Assembly: GCA_024137785.1 (NCBI GenBank)
Contig: JAHRHZ010000062.1
Span: 40,685,405 to 40,749,404, forward strand
Reading direction: 5' to 3'
From: Ginglymostoma cirratum
Lineage: Eukaryota
DNA length: 64,000 nt
Each line of letters opens with the position of its first letter. Position 1 is the stretch's first letter. The notes below the pieces were generated by a model that was not told the origin of the DNA, did not search any database, and was given only the letters and a program-made list of their open reading frames with translations. This document shows, piece after piece, positions 26,273 through 38,709 of the stretch. A program made the position numbers and the translations under genes.

Positions 26273-29194
26273 AAAAAAAAACACTTGTTTTTTTAAAAAC
26301 AAGGTGGCATATGCTTTAAGGATGTGCAGCTTTGTATAATTCCAAAAATAATCAGTAATTTATTACATTAGAAAATTTCCGTTGACATAGATCACATCAT
26401 GTAACCCAAAACAGAAACATTGTTTATAGAGTGTAACTGTTTGTCTTTAAAATGAAAGGCGACAAAAAAAGAGAATTTATACAGAATGCTAAAATGTAAC
26501 ATTTTTTTAAAATCTCTGCAGTCAAAGCAAGGGGAAGTCAAGCAGTTGATAAATTTGTAATAGAAACGTTACCAATTTCAGTAAAACATTGTGCTGTTTT
26601 ACATTTACTAGCAGATTTGCCTGGTCGAAAAGGTGGAGTTGGAAGTGCTCAGAAGGGTTTAACTCAATGTACACCAGGAGAAACTCAGGCTGCTATCAAC
26701 AAACAGAGCAAAAGACCAAAGAGGGCAGCAAGACCAGCAGCCACCTGGTGAAGTTCCACAGAAAAAGAAGACTCATTAAAACACTTCAGTAATTTTATAC
26801 CACTGGCAGAGAATGACCTGTTGGGTGACAGAAGAATGATTGGAAGGGAACAAAGGTGATTGTAGGCTGAATGGTATTTATTGAGGAATAGAATTATATA
26901 ATTGGTCTACTATTGCACAGGGTGGCACACATCTATTTTCATCCTCCAGCTACCATGTCCCTTAATGAGCAACAAGGTAATGAAGCACAACTAGCAATCG
27001 GTGCATGGGCAAGGTATGTAAGTCTAAGTGGAAGCCTCAGATGCAATAATAGGTAAGCAAGACACTGGAGCTTGGTTCTAAGCAATGTGATACAGACATC
27101 ACGTTCTGGGGGGATGGATACAGAAAAAACTTTGAGCTCGGAATATGCCTTATTTTTGCTTCAGTGATAGTTTTACACAATGCAAAATATGTTTTATCTA
27201 CATAATTCTAGAAAATACTGATGGTAATTCTAGAAAATTAATCTTTTTTTAGCATTTAAGTATTTAAATAACATTTGTCTGTTAGTCAAGCAAGCTGATT
27301 TTTACCATCATAAAAACAGTAGACAAAATACATAATTATGTTGAACATGTGTGCTGATATCACCATCAGTAAAATTCAGACTGTAATTACATTATGAAAT
27401 ACTAATAAAAATAAAACTGAGTATATGCTTGTGTCCTGAGGCTGAGAATTCCTACCCTGCTATTCTGCACCAACAGTTGTTTCTTTTCTCTCACTCTTTC
27501 ATTCACTCCAACTGCCAAACAGTGATCCAACTCTTTCTTCATCTGCTTCTCACTCTCTTCCCTAACTATGAGTTTGATTTAACACAAGTCACTCAAGATA
27601 TATGGCCAGTCTAATCATAGCACCAAATAAACATATTATCATCATAGACATGGGACCAACCCAGGTTGGAGTCAGGAAGGAACATGAGTTTTCAATAATT
27701 TTCAGTTTCAAGGAGCCCTATAAGGTAGCATTTCAGACTCTAATATTCATGTTTTGACAATTTGATATGGTCATGTTACCAATTAAAGTCAGGTTTAAAT
27801 ATGACCTTACACAAAACCATACAAATTTATACTAAAATTGCCTGTCTGAAAGAGAAATTAGGAAGGAATATAGAAATTATAGAAGCACTATGCAATTAAC
27901 TTCATGGACAACTGCATGGTTGGTAAACTCGAGTATAACTCATCCACATAAACTAAGAAGTCCCTGGTGCCAGGTTCATGCCAACATCCCTTAACTGAAA
28001 CACTGTGGCTCAGTTTTAGTCCCCCTAAGTTACTGAGAAGCGTGAGACAAAGTGATCTCGTTCCTGATAACTGTCTAGTCATCATTTCAGAAAATGATCA
28101 TTCACTTTGATTGTGTGACTTCCAGAATTGAATAGACTGACAGTAAGGGAGAAATGCTGAACAGAAGGAAACAGAGGTGCCTTGTAGGAGAATGAAATAA
28201 GGGTTTGACCATTTGGAAAGCAGGAACGAGAGAATCACAGCATTTTTCTTTATTTTAGCAATCACCAGCATCTTGTTAAAGAAAGTAGGAAGGAATGCAA
28301 GAGAACGTTGTCACTTTAAACTCGAAAAGTGACAGTAGTAACTTCAGACCTTAACCACAGCCTCCCTATCTTGCAATGTGAGCAGAATTTTCCCCGATGT
28401 TTAGAGGCATATTGACCCTTTTAAAACACCACACCACAGCAGCATGTGTTTTGTTTATTCGGGCTTTTGATCTATGGTCTGCTACATTTGTCACTTATTA
28501 CTGCTGATTATTCCTCACGCATCGATCTGTATTTTGTTTCCGGTTGGTTGCTCATCCTGACCATTTTGAAGCGTTGCACTATCAAGTCATCCAACCTGTC
28601 AACGCCTTCTACGTATTTGCGTATTTATTGGTTCTCTTCCCCTCCCTTCTCCCAAGTGCGTACTTTCCCTCCCAAAATTACTCAAATGCCCGTCTTTGTT
28701 GAAAGGTTACTCACCTTAAACATCAAAACGTATTTTCTCTCTCTTTTATTTACAGCATTTCATTTTGATATCAAATTCCAACGTTTAACACGTTGCTTTT
28801 CAACTACAAAGCCATGTGGCCGTAAGGCTCCTCTTCTGTCATTAGCTCTGGCGTGGTGATTTCTACTACTCATGCATTTCTGCACTGATACCTGTAAAGC
28901 TGTTGCGGGATCTTACTTTGACAAATTGGCCGGCGCGTCGAATTTACTGTCTGAATCTTTGCCACGGTTCTAGGGAGTATGGAGAGATAAATTGAAGTCA
29001 TCTGCAGAAGTGAATAAGAAACAATTGAGTTGACTTCTCAACATCTATTTTCTAATTTGGGGGGCAGTTGAAGGACGATTACAGCCTTTGCATCTGGATC
29101 GTCCTCAGCAGTCATTGGGCTTCAGTCTCCCAACAACCTGAGCTTCGTTTGATTCTGGGTGTTTGTTTGATGCTGGTTGCCAGCCACAGAGAGT

Positions 29195-29390
29195 AGCCCC
29201 CCTCTCCCCCCCCCCGCTCACGCCCTTGGTGAATCTGCTGTCCGTGCAGTGACCAATGAAAAAACCGCGTGAGGAGAGACCCGCGGCCAGGCGCCAATAG
29301 TATTTGGAATTTGGCGAATTGGCGCCTCTTTTAGCCAATAGAATGTGAGCATAGTTTGGTTCCGCCCAGGATATACACCAATAGCAGCGT
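29195..29390 (+). promoter_or_regulatory. fads1 proximal promoter: CpG-enriched, five NF-Y boxes, GC box
   Basis: CCAAT at 29253, 29294, 29335, 29378; ATTGG at 29318; CCGCCC at 29362; CpG density far above the rest of the window; about 300-430 bp upstream of the ATG. Confidence 0.75.
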
Positions 29391-29687
29391 GGTAACCCGT
29401 AGATTATGATTGACAGATTCATGAGCCAAACACTCTGGAACGTAGTTGTGATTGATGTGGATACTATCTAATGGGTCGCTGAAAGGCGGGTTCCCAACCA
29501 CTGTTGCTGGATGTGGTTCTGAAATTGGGGAGAAAGCCAGGTGCAAAGAGTGGGCTGGAGAGAGATGTAGGTAGGGATTCAGCAAACCGCTCCCGGTCTG
29601 AGATACCAGCCGACTGGGCAGTGAGGAGGGAAAACGGGGAGAGGCTGAGGCACAGAGCGGGTGGAAGGGAACAGGCTTGAGAAAGTG

Positions 29688-29870
29688 ATGGGTTCGAGTG
29701 TGGAGTGTAGTCGAGACAGGTTCTTCACCTGGGAGGAGGTGCAGAAGCACTGTACCCGCAGCGACCGCTGGCTGGTGATCCACAGGAAGGTCTATGATAT
29801 CAGCGAGTTCAGCAAAAGGCACCCGGGAGGCGCCCGAGTGATCGGGCACTACGCGGGGCAGGATGCTACG
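29688..29870 (+). CDS. FADS1: Fatty acid desaturase 1 exon 1 (cytochrome b5 domain, HPGG)
   Basis: [21 protein letters not shown]...[17 protein letters not shown], 61 codons, donor ACG|gtaagc. Confidence 0.95.
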
Positions 29871-30775
29871 GTAAGCATGGAGCTTTAACAGCAATAAGGG
29901 TGAGAGAGAGATTCAATAATCCAAGTAATCACTCACCAATAGGGAAAACGAAATGTGTGAGCGACAACCAGAGACTGACAAAATCCCATATTGTACCATG
30001 TCAGGTTCCCGAGGACCTTTGGTTTAAAGCTGGTGAAGTGAAGTTGCTTTGTTATTGATCAATGGTCAGAGAGAGTGAATAAGGCAGAAAAACATGTCAC
30101 TCACTGACCAGTCATGGCAGAGTGTTCTTCACGCATTAGATTTTTCTGAAGGTTCGCCAAGCAGAAAAGTTGCTTTACAACCGGACCGACTTTGCTGTGA
30201 TCTAAACCATAACGGGTAATATGCGTTGACTAGCGAGTTTAAGCTTAACAATAAATCATCCGTCACTGAAGATCACATGGTATGGCCAGTCCCTTCCACG
30301 TTTCCAGAGGCAGACTTCCCTATCACAAACATGACTGATCAATGATTGAAGTAAGATTCATTTTGACTGACTGTCCCAGGTCGGTAGTGATCATCAGGGA
30401 GTGTGACCATCTGAAATTATTGAACCAAATATGATCAACATTTACTGATAAGAGAATCAAAACAGGATAAAAGATCGATCAATCTTAAAGAGACAGATTG
30501 ATGATCACATATTACAAAACCAACGCCTGGGATAAAAACTGATCTCAGATCAGAAACATCAGGAATGATGATCAACAATTAAAGAATGTTCTTAGTGTTG
30601 GAGAAAAATGGAAATCAATGTACTGGGAGAATTTTTAGAAAAAATGTTGTAAGTACTGACAATTGTGAACATCACTTATCAACAGATAAAAAGTAATTTG
30701 AGAATGCAGGGGTATTACAGTAAGGCTGAGAATAGGATTCAAGGCACAAGTAATACATAAACATTTTGAAAAGTA

Positions 30776-32130
30776 TCAAACTGTTGGGTGGTACATGACT
30801 TGGTCATCCACAGCCTTAGGATCAGCATTGTGGAAGCTGATAAGCCTTTCCTGTAGACCCTCTGAAACTGAGGAGCCATTCAGTAGATGTATGACATCCA
30901 AAACTGCACCATGGCTACTCAGAAGAACTTCTGGAGTTCTCAAGAATGTCCCTTTACCACCCGTCCTATCAGTCCACATCTAAAGCAACTTCCGGAGATT
31001 GGGTAACAGCTTGAAGTCAACCTATCTCTCATCAAACTTGGTAACAAAGAAAAAGTTTCGTATTGAGGGTGTAACTCAACTCCATCCAGATTTGCCTCCA
31101 ATGAGCCAGTAGTGAAAAGTATGGGAAAATTGAAATATGTTGAAAATCAGTAATTGTGGCGTTTGATTTCTCTTGAGAACATATTTGTTGCAATATGACA
31201 CCTCATGTTAAGGATATAGATATTTGACAGGACTATTAACTGTTTGGTGTTGGTATGCTGAATAGCATTATTACTTTCAAGGTTTGATTTAACTTCACTA
31301 GTATTTATGCAAATAATGTAAGTACTCAGGCAGTGCAATATTCTTCCACTAATTAGCAGAGGTAGAAAACAAGTTGTGCATTTTTGCACTTGAGCTCCTC
31401 AAGTTGTACCCTCAAATTTATTTCAAAAGCAATTTCTGCCCTTTTTAAAATTTACTTTGGTAAAATTTTCCTTGTAGACAGGTGTCTGACCTGCAGTTAC
31501 TCTTAAACATATTGGTAGGTCATGTTCCAGCTGCTCCCCATTCGTAAAATTTTGAGTATGGCTTGAGCATTAACATTATTAAGGAGGAGGCATGGTGACA
31601 TAGTCTTTGCAAACATTTTTTCTAACGGTATATGCTTTGATTTCAAGTTGTGTTCATCATTTTTGCAACCTCCATCTCTTGAAGTGAAGCAGATGATATC
31701 TACATACATGAATGGGCTGGAGACTGTTGAAGGTGAATAATTTGTGAAAATGTTATAATCACAGTTATTATGCATCTCTAAGGCAGCCCATTCTTCTACA
31801 CCTTCAACGTCCAGCTTATTGCATAGCATTACCTGGAATTAATTGTCTGTCTCAAACCATATCTCTGTACCTGTAACAACTCATCAAAGTCATGTCTATG
31901 AAACGTCAATACTTTCAAGTCAGGGAACATAGCTGCTGTGTTCTTCTTTTGGAAGCTGTTTTCCACATAGGTTGAAAGAGAAAGAATTTGGTTACAAGTA
32001 CTCCTATGTGATCTGAAACTTGTCTACCCAACTGTAAGCACAATTGTTCCCAGAATTAGATACTTTGCAAGTATGTAGTCACAGTTCAAAAGTGAACCAG
32101 CAGAGTAACTATCTGTAAAGGAGTGTCTCT
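30776..32130 (-). mobile_element. Decayed Vingi/Ingi-like (I superfamily) LINE in fads1 intron 1
   Basis: Minus-strand FRSHRSTCNQILSLSTYVENSFQKK, KNGLP, NIFTNYSPSTVSSPFMYVDIICF (decayed YADD) and C-terminal GAVLDVIHLL...FHNADPKAVD, in RT-to-C-terminus order. Confidence 0.65.
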
Positions 32131-32167
32131 TTTCCTGGTTTGGGGTATAACTACCATCATCATCATC

Positions 32168-32481
32168 AAATCCCTACAGTGTGGAAGCAGGCCATTTGGC
32201 CCATTGACTCTACATCGACCCTTTTGAAGAACATCCCACCCAGACATAACCCCCTGTCCGATCCCTGTAACTCTGCATTTCCCATTGCTAATCCACCTAT
32301 ACTGTACATCAAGGGCAATTTAGCATGGCTAATCCACCTCCCCTGCACTTCTTTGGACTGGGAAGAAGCCCATGCAGACGCAGGGAGAATGTGCAGACTC
32401 CACACAGACAGTTGCCTGAGAGCAGAATTGAATCTGGCACTGTGAGCCAGCAGTGCTAACCACGAAGCCACTGTGCTGCCC
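32168..32481 (-). mobile_element. HE1/V-SINE, near full length
   Basis: Reverse-complement match to the 53900-54200 copy. Confidence 0.9.
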
Positions 32482-33520
32482 TAGATTTTTCTTCTGTTTG
32501 TTTATAGCTCTCTTGGATCATTCAGACCTTAAAAGATTGGCCACCGTTTAATGAATATGAAAGACTAAACTCAGTTCTACTCAAGTTTGTCCTGCTTTCA
32601 TGAAACTCTATATTCTCAGTAGTTTTTCAATGGAGAATGACAGAGGATATCTCCCCCTATTCTGAGGTGGGATCTGCCTGTATCAATGCCACTCCCAGTT
32701 TGCTCATTTTAATTTTTGACAAGTATGGTGTTTGGTGAAGCAGCTTAGAACCCTTTAAAGTACAAGCTGTCTGTTGGTTTATGCGCTACTCCCAAGATTC
32801 CTTATTGAATCATTATGCTTCTATTAGACATTTGAAATTAGCAATTAGAATCCTTTGTACGTACATCTTCAGGAGGACTCCATGTGAGCTTTCTGTTTTT
32901 GTTCCCTAAGGCTAATATGATTTCATGTCCATTTTATCAGCACAAACCAGATGATATTGCTCAAACCAGTGCAAATATCGTGGAAACTCAAGTGTAGATT
33001 ATATCAGGAGTGAATCAAATTTCCATGATTTTTTTTCCTGATTTAAGAATAATTTTATTCAAACTTAGCCTACCCAAAAACCCTGCCACACGCCTAGCTT
33101 GAAATAGTAAAGATGAAAGGTTTCTGTTGATCATGTCTGTGCGTCACTGTTAGCGGAGGATCTTTGAGGAGTTTCACAGGCATTGATAGACAGATTTTAA
33201 AAATCTTGCATATTGAGAAATATATTTTATTACTAAAATCTGAGGTATACTAATACAATTAGTAGCTCAATATTGTTTGTTTTTAAGTAATTTAAAATGT
33301 GGTAACTCTACAGGTGGAGGATTAGACACTTGTATTTAAAGGTTTCTTCTTTGTCACAAACGTATTTCTGACTGCACCAGTAAAACTGGACTGGGTTACC
33401 ATTCAAAATACGTCACTGAATATGTTTTAGTGCAAAGTGAAAAATAATGGTATTCTACCATTATGCCCAATTGTACTGTTTCCTGGAAATTTTCACTTTT
33501 GTGATTTTGCAAATGTGTTT

Positions 33521-33835
33521 TAGAATCTAGAATCCCTACAGTGTGGAAACAGGCCCTTCGGCCCAACAAGTCCACACCAAACCTTGGAGCATCCCACCTA
33601 CACCCATCCCCTTGTAACCCACCTAATCTACATACCCCTGAACACTATGGGCAATTTAGTATGGCCAATCCACCTAACCTGCACATCTTTGGATTGTGGG
33701 AGGAAACCGGAGCAAACCCGCACAGACACAGGGAGAATGTGCAAACTCCACACAGACAGTCACCCGAGGCTGGAATTGAACCTGGGTCCCTGGCACTGGG
33801 AAGGCAGTAGTGCTAACCACTGAGCCACCATGCCA
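33521..33835 (-). mobile_element. HE1/V-SINE, full length
   Basis: Reverse-complement match to 53900-54200, including the CR1-like tail. Confidence 0.92.
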
Positions 33836-34529
33836 CTCTTTAGCAAAAGAGTGAACTGAAAACTTAAACATTTTCAACTTGAAGGGCAATTTGTGTTAAT
33901 TTGCCAACAAACACAGATCTCACCCATGCATTCATGTAACTATGTGGGGTTTTGCTTTTCTGAGTGATTTGTACAAAATTTCTGATTATTTAAAATTGTG
34001 ATATTTGCTTTGGGTATATTTGTACAGTTTCTGTTTATACAGCTCCCCCTGTGCAATTGTACAAATTACCTTTTTATTGAAATGAATAAATCAAAAGTTT
34101 AAATATGCAATTGTCTGAAGTCCCCAGTGTACTGGGATGTCTGAAATAACCATTAGCATTTCACTAAGATCTGACACCAGTTTTTAAGTTGCATATACGT
34201 TCAGCAATTTTTCAGGTCAAATTTATTTTGTCGTCCTTTATAATTAAAAATTGAGTGAAAAACAATTTATTCAAGTTCATAACAACCAATAGTTTAGTTC
34301 CTGTTGAGAGTGTTATCTACAGCACTGTTAGAACAGCCTGCCAATTAGTTAATGATTGTTTAAAAAATGTCTTCAAATTATTTGCTTTCATTGATAAAGC
34401 AGGAGACATTGACATATACTGAAGTTATAAAATATGTCAAACCATTTTAAACAAAGGGCAGATCCTGCATACCTGTCAAGGAGCAATGCTGATGGAGTGT
34501 GACAGGTTGTAATCCTGTCTCCAAACCAT

Positions 34530-35010
34530 AGTTCAGAGAAGGTTTGCTAGATTAGTACGTGGAATAAGCAGATCAGCCTTGCCTGTTAAGGCAGACAGGG
34601 AGGACCTGTATCCTCTGGAGTTTAGAATAGTCAGAAGTGACTTAATTAAAACATATGTGGCCCTAAGGAGATGACTGGTTGAATGTGGAAAGGATGTTTC
34701 CACCAGTGGGAGAATCTGGAACTAGGGGTCATAATTTAAAAATAAGGAAGCACTCCATTTGAGATAGACATGAGGAAAGAAATTGTCTCTGAAGGTTGAG
34801 AGCCTTTGGACTGTCTTCCTTTCTTCATAATGCAGTGGATGCTGAATCTTTAAATATTTTTCAGGCACAGGTAGGTTCTTGGTTACCAAGGGAGTGAAAG
34901 ATTATCAGGGGTGTTCAGGAATGTAGAGTTAAGGTTAAAATCAGATCAGCCAAATCTTATTGAACGGTAGATCAGGCTCGAAGGACAGAGTGCCCACTCT
35001 TATTTCTTGT
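34530..35010 (+). mobile_element. Decayed CR1 3' fragment
   Basis: tatcctctggagtttagaa...gaactaggggtcataatttaaaaataagg parallels the young CR1 at 49661. Confidence 0.75.
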
Positions 35011-35758
35011 TTGTACTTTGAGCAGGACTTGGGACCGTGGGGATATGCCTTTATAACTAACTGAATATCTCACCCAGCTCCTGCCTGTATAGAATGATGC
35101 CTGTGCTATAAATAATATGTTTCCCTGCTTTAGCCATTCAATAATAAAATGCTTTAACTGTAGTATAATGCTTGATGTAAGCAGTATGTCCCTGTCTATT
35201 TTATGTTGTTGACTATACTCTTCACTGGTTATGAGATTTATTTTAACCCCTGCGACAGAGTTAACTTTATCAATAACAGGTTACTAAATTTTTGCCTTCC
35301 TTTGCTTCACTGGATTGGAACAAACAACTGATGGTCTGACCTGAGACCTAATTTGTGTGTGTAGATTTATTGATTAATTTCACTGTTCTTTCTGAAGCTG
35401 CTAGTCTTTTTCCACCTTTCTGTGCTGCCTCGGTGTTCCATTGTCACTTTCATTCCCTGAGTGCAGAGTATGCTGAATTCAGTGAAATTAATTTCTGAGA
35501 TGTGAATGTTGTGACTAGGCCAGAATTTAGCGTCCATCCCTAATTGTCCTTGAGAGGATGGTTGTGAGCCATTTCGTCCTCATGTCCAATCTTATTCTTT
35601 TTAAGCATAGTGATGTCCTGCATGATTGGATTTAAACTTCCATTGTGGGTTTCTCTTTGTTTAAAAAATCCTGAATGTTGGAACATTTTCAAATCTTGCA
35701 CAGATTTTGCCACAAATAAAGTGTGTTACTGTGAATAACTTCTGGTCTCTTCCTTTAG

Positions 35759-35869
35759 GATCCTTTCACTGCCTTCCACATTGATAAGTCACTGGTGAGC
35801 AAGTACCTGAACTCACTGCTGATTGGAGAGCTTGCTCCTGACCAGCCCAGCTTGGAATCTTGGAAAAGT
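35759..35869 (+). CDS. FADS1: FADS1 exon 2
   Basis: tttag|GAT...AGT|gtgagt, 111 nt; [37 protein letters not shown] ([11 protein letters not shown] is FADS1-type). Confidence 0.96.
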
Positions 35870-35883
35870 GTGAGTACCTTCTC

Positions 35884-38062
35884 CATAGAACATAGAACAT
35901 AGAACAATACAGCGCAGAACAGGCCCTTCGGCCCTCGATGTTGCGCCGACCTGTGAACTAATCTAAGCCCACCCCCTACACTTTCCCATCATCATCCATA
36001 TGCTTATCCAAGGATTGTTTAAATGCCCCTAATGTGGCTGAGTTAACTACATTGGCAGGCAGAGCATTCCACGCCCTTACCACTCTCTGAGTAAAGAACC
36101 TGCCTCTGACATCTGTCTTAAATCTATCACCCCTCAATTTGCAGCTATGCCCCCTCGTACTAGCCGACGTCATCAACCTAGGAAAAAGACTCTCACTGTC
36201 CACCCAATCTAATCCTCTGATCATTTTGTATGTCTCTATTAAATCCCCTCTTAGCCTTCTTCTCTCCAATGAGAACAGACCCAAGTCCCTCAGCCTTTCC
36301 TCATAAGACCTTCGCTCCAGACCAGGCCACATCCTGGTAAATCTCCTCTGCACCTTTTCCAATGCTTCCACATCCTTCCTGTAATGGGGCGACCAGAACT
36401 GTACGCAATATTCCAAGTGAGGCCGCACTAGCGTTTTGTACAGTTGCAGCATGACGTCACGGCTCCGGAACTCAATCACTCTACCAATGAAACCTAACAC
36501 ACCGTGTGCCTTCTTAACTATCAACCTGGGTGGCAACTTTCAGGGATCTATGTACCTGGACACCAAGATCCCTCTGCACATCCACACTACCAAGAATCTT
36601 TCCATTGACCCAGTATTCTGCCTTCCTGTTATTCTTCCCAAAGTGAATCACCTCACATTTATCTGCATTGAACTCCATTTGCCACCTTTCAGCCCAATTC
36701 TGCAGTTTATTCAAGTCTCCCTGCAACCTGCAACATTCTTCCACACTGTCCACCACTCCACCGACTTTAGTGTCATCTGCAAACTTATTAACCCATCCAC
36801 CTATGTCTGCGTCCAAGTCATTTATAAAAATGACAAACAGCAGTGGTCCCAAAACAGATCCTTGTGGCACACCACTAGTAACCAGACTCCAGGCTGAATA
36901 TTCTCCATCAACCACCACTCTTTGGCTTCTTTCAGAAAGCCAGTTTCTAATCCAAACTGCTAAATCTCCCTCAATCCCATGCCTCCGCATTTTCTCCAAT
37001 AGCCTACTATGTGGAACCTTATCAAAGGCTTTACTGAAGTCCATGTACACCACGTCAACTGCCCTACCCTCATCCACATGCTTGGTCACCTTCTCAAAAA
37101 ACTCAATGAGGTTTGTGAGACACGACCTGCCCTTGACGAATCCATGTTGACGATCTCCAATCAAATTGTTGCTTGCTAGATGATTATAAATCCTATCTCT
37201 TATAATCCTTTCCAAAACTTTTCCTACAACAGATGTAAGGCTCACTGGTCTGTAATTACCTGGGTCATCTCTACTGCCCTTCTTGAACAAGGGCACAACA
37301 TTTGCAATCCTCCAGTCATCTGGTACTAAACCTGTAGCCAATGACGACTCAAAGATCAAGGCCAAAGGCTCCGCCATCTCCTCCCTAGCTTCCCAGAGAA
37401 TCCTCAGAAAAATCCCATCCGGCCCAGGGGATTATCTACCTTCACACCTTCTAGGATTGATAACACTGCCTCCTTACTGACCTCAATCCTTTCAAGTCTA
37501 ATAGCCCGTATCTCGGTCTTCTCCTCTACAATATTCTCCTTTTCCCGAGTGAAAACAGATGAGAAATATTTGTTTAGCACCTCTCCGATCTCCACAGGGT
37601 CCACACACAACTTCCCACTTCTGTCTTTGACTGGCCCTATTCTTACCCTCGTCATCCTTTTATTCCCCACATACCTATAGAAAGCCTTAGGGTTCTCCTT
37701 AATTCTACCTGCTAATAACTGCTCATGTCCCCTCCTTGCTCCTCTTACCTCTCTCTTTAAATCCTTCCTAGCTAATCTGTAACTCTCCATCACCTCATTT
37801 GAACCATCTTGTCTCAATGTCACATAAGCCTCCCTCTTCCGCTTAACAAGAGATACAATTTCTTTTGTAAACCAAGGTTCCCTTACCTTATCACTTCCTC
37901 CCTGCCTGACAGGGACATACCTATCAAGGACACGCAATATCTGTTCCTTAAACCAGCCCCACATTTCGATTGTCCCCATCCCCTGCATTTTGCTACCCCA
38001 TTCTATCCCTCCTAAGTCTTGCCTAATTGCATTATAATTGCCCTTCCCCCATCTATAACTCC
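35884..38062 (-). mobile_element. Young 5'-truncated CR1 LINE (ORF2 RT, two frameshifts)
   Basis: Three consecutive ORFs (37404-37988, 36514-37377, 35976-36536) with GVPQGSVLGP and KFADDTK; (TTCTATG)n tail at 35884-35905. Confidence 0.96.
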
Positions 38063-38511
38063 AGTCACTGTTCTGCAGAACAATTCAAGACTGTTTTCTC
38101 TAAACAGAATATTGATTATTATTGTATGTAGAATCTTGATATGTGCATTCCTACAATACAAGAGCGACAATATCCCAGAAGTATTTTATTGTCTAGAGTG
38201 CTTTGTATAATTCTGAGGTCATGAAATACACTATATATAAATACAAGTCCTCCTGCCTTTTATGTTGTTCCTATCATTATGAATTTCTAAGACAGACTTA
38301 CAATTGCCATCCTGTTTACACCCAACAGGTAATAGTTACCTACTTTAGACATTATTTACAAGAATACTGCTGGCATTTTTCTTTCTAAACAATTTAAAAA
38401 TGTAAAGCAGCACTAATTTCTCAATGTGCAATGATTCTTCAAAGTGAGATTCCACTCACATTGCTAAGCAGCTTGTTTCTTTTTAAAACTCATGGTCTCT
38501 TTCACTGTCAG

Positions 38512-38709
38512 AAACTGATAACAGAGGATTTCCAGGAGCTACGTGCACTTGTGGAAAAGACAAACCTCCTCAAGCCAAACAAGCTGTTCTTTGCTGGAAT
38601 GCTAGCACACCTACTGCTCCTTGATGCTGCGGCATGGCTCACCCTGTGGTATTTTGGTACCTCCTTTGTCCCCTTTATGATCAGCACAGCTCTTCTGGCC
38701 ATTGTGCAG
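38512..38709 (+). CDS. FADS1: FADS1 exon 3
   Basis: gtcag|AAA...CAG|gtgggt, 198 nt; KLITEDFQELRALVEK...LLLLDAAAWLTLWYFGTSFVPF...IVQ. Confidence 0.96.

Noticed and set aside
21389-26760. Plus-strand small exon chain (about 21389, 22118, 26613)
   Set aside because: The splice sites are plausible but the peptides are unrecognisable, the chain spans an assembly gap, and it is indistinguishable from chance.
29331-29894. 187-aa minus-strand ORF over exon 1
   Set aside because: Antisense shadow of a GC-rich coding exon and promoter; non-ATG start and no recognisable domain.
30495-30660. Box C/D snoRNA (TGATGA...CTGA) in intron 1
   Set aside because: One pairing is too short (about 44 nt), the other lacks a terminal stem; no recognisable guide; the boxes are by-products of the GATC-rich tract.
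29871-35758. miR-1908-like hairpin as in human FADS1 intron 1
   Set aside because: No GC-rich pre-miRNA-like hairpin seen.
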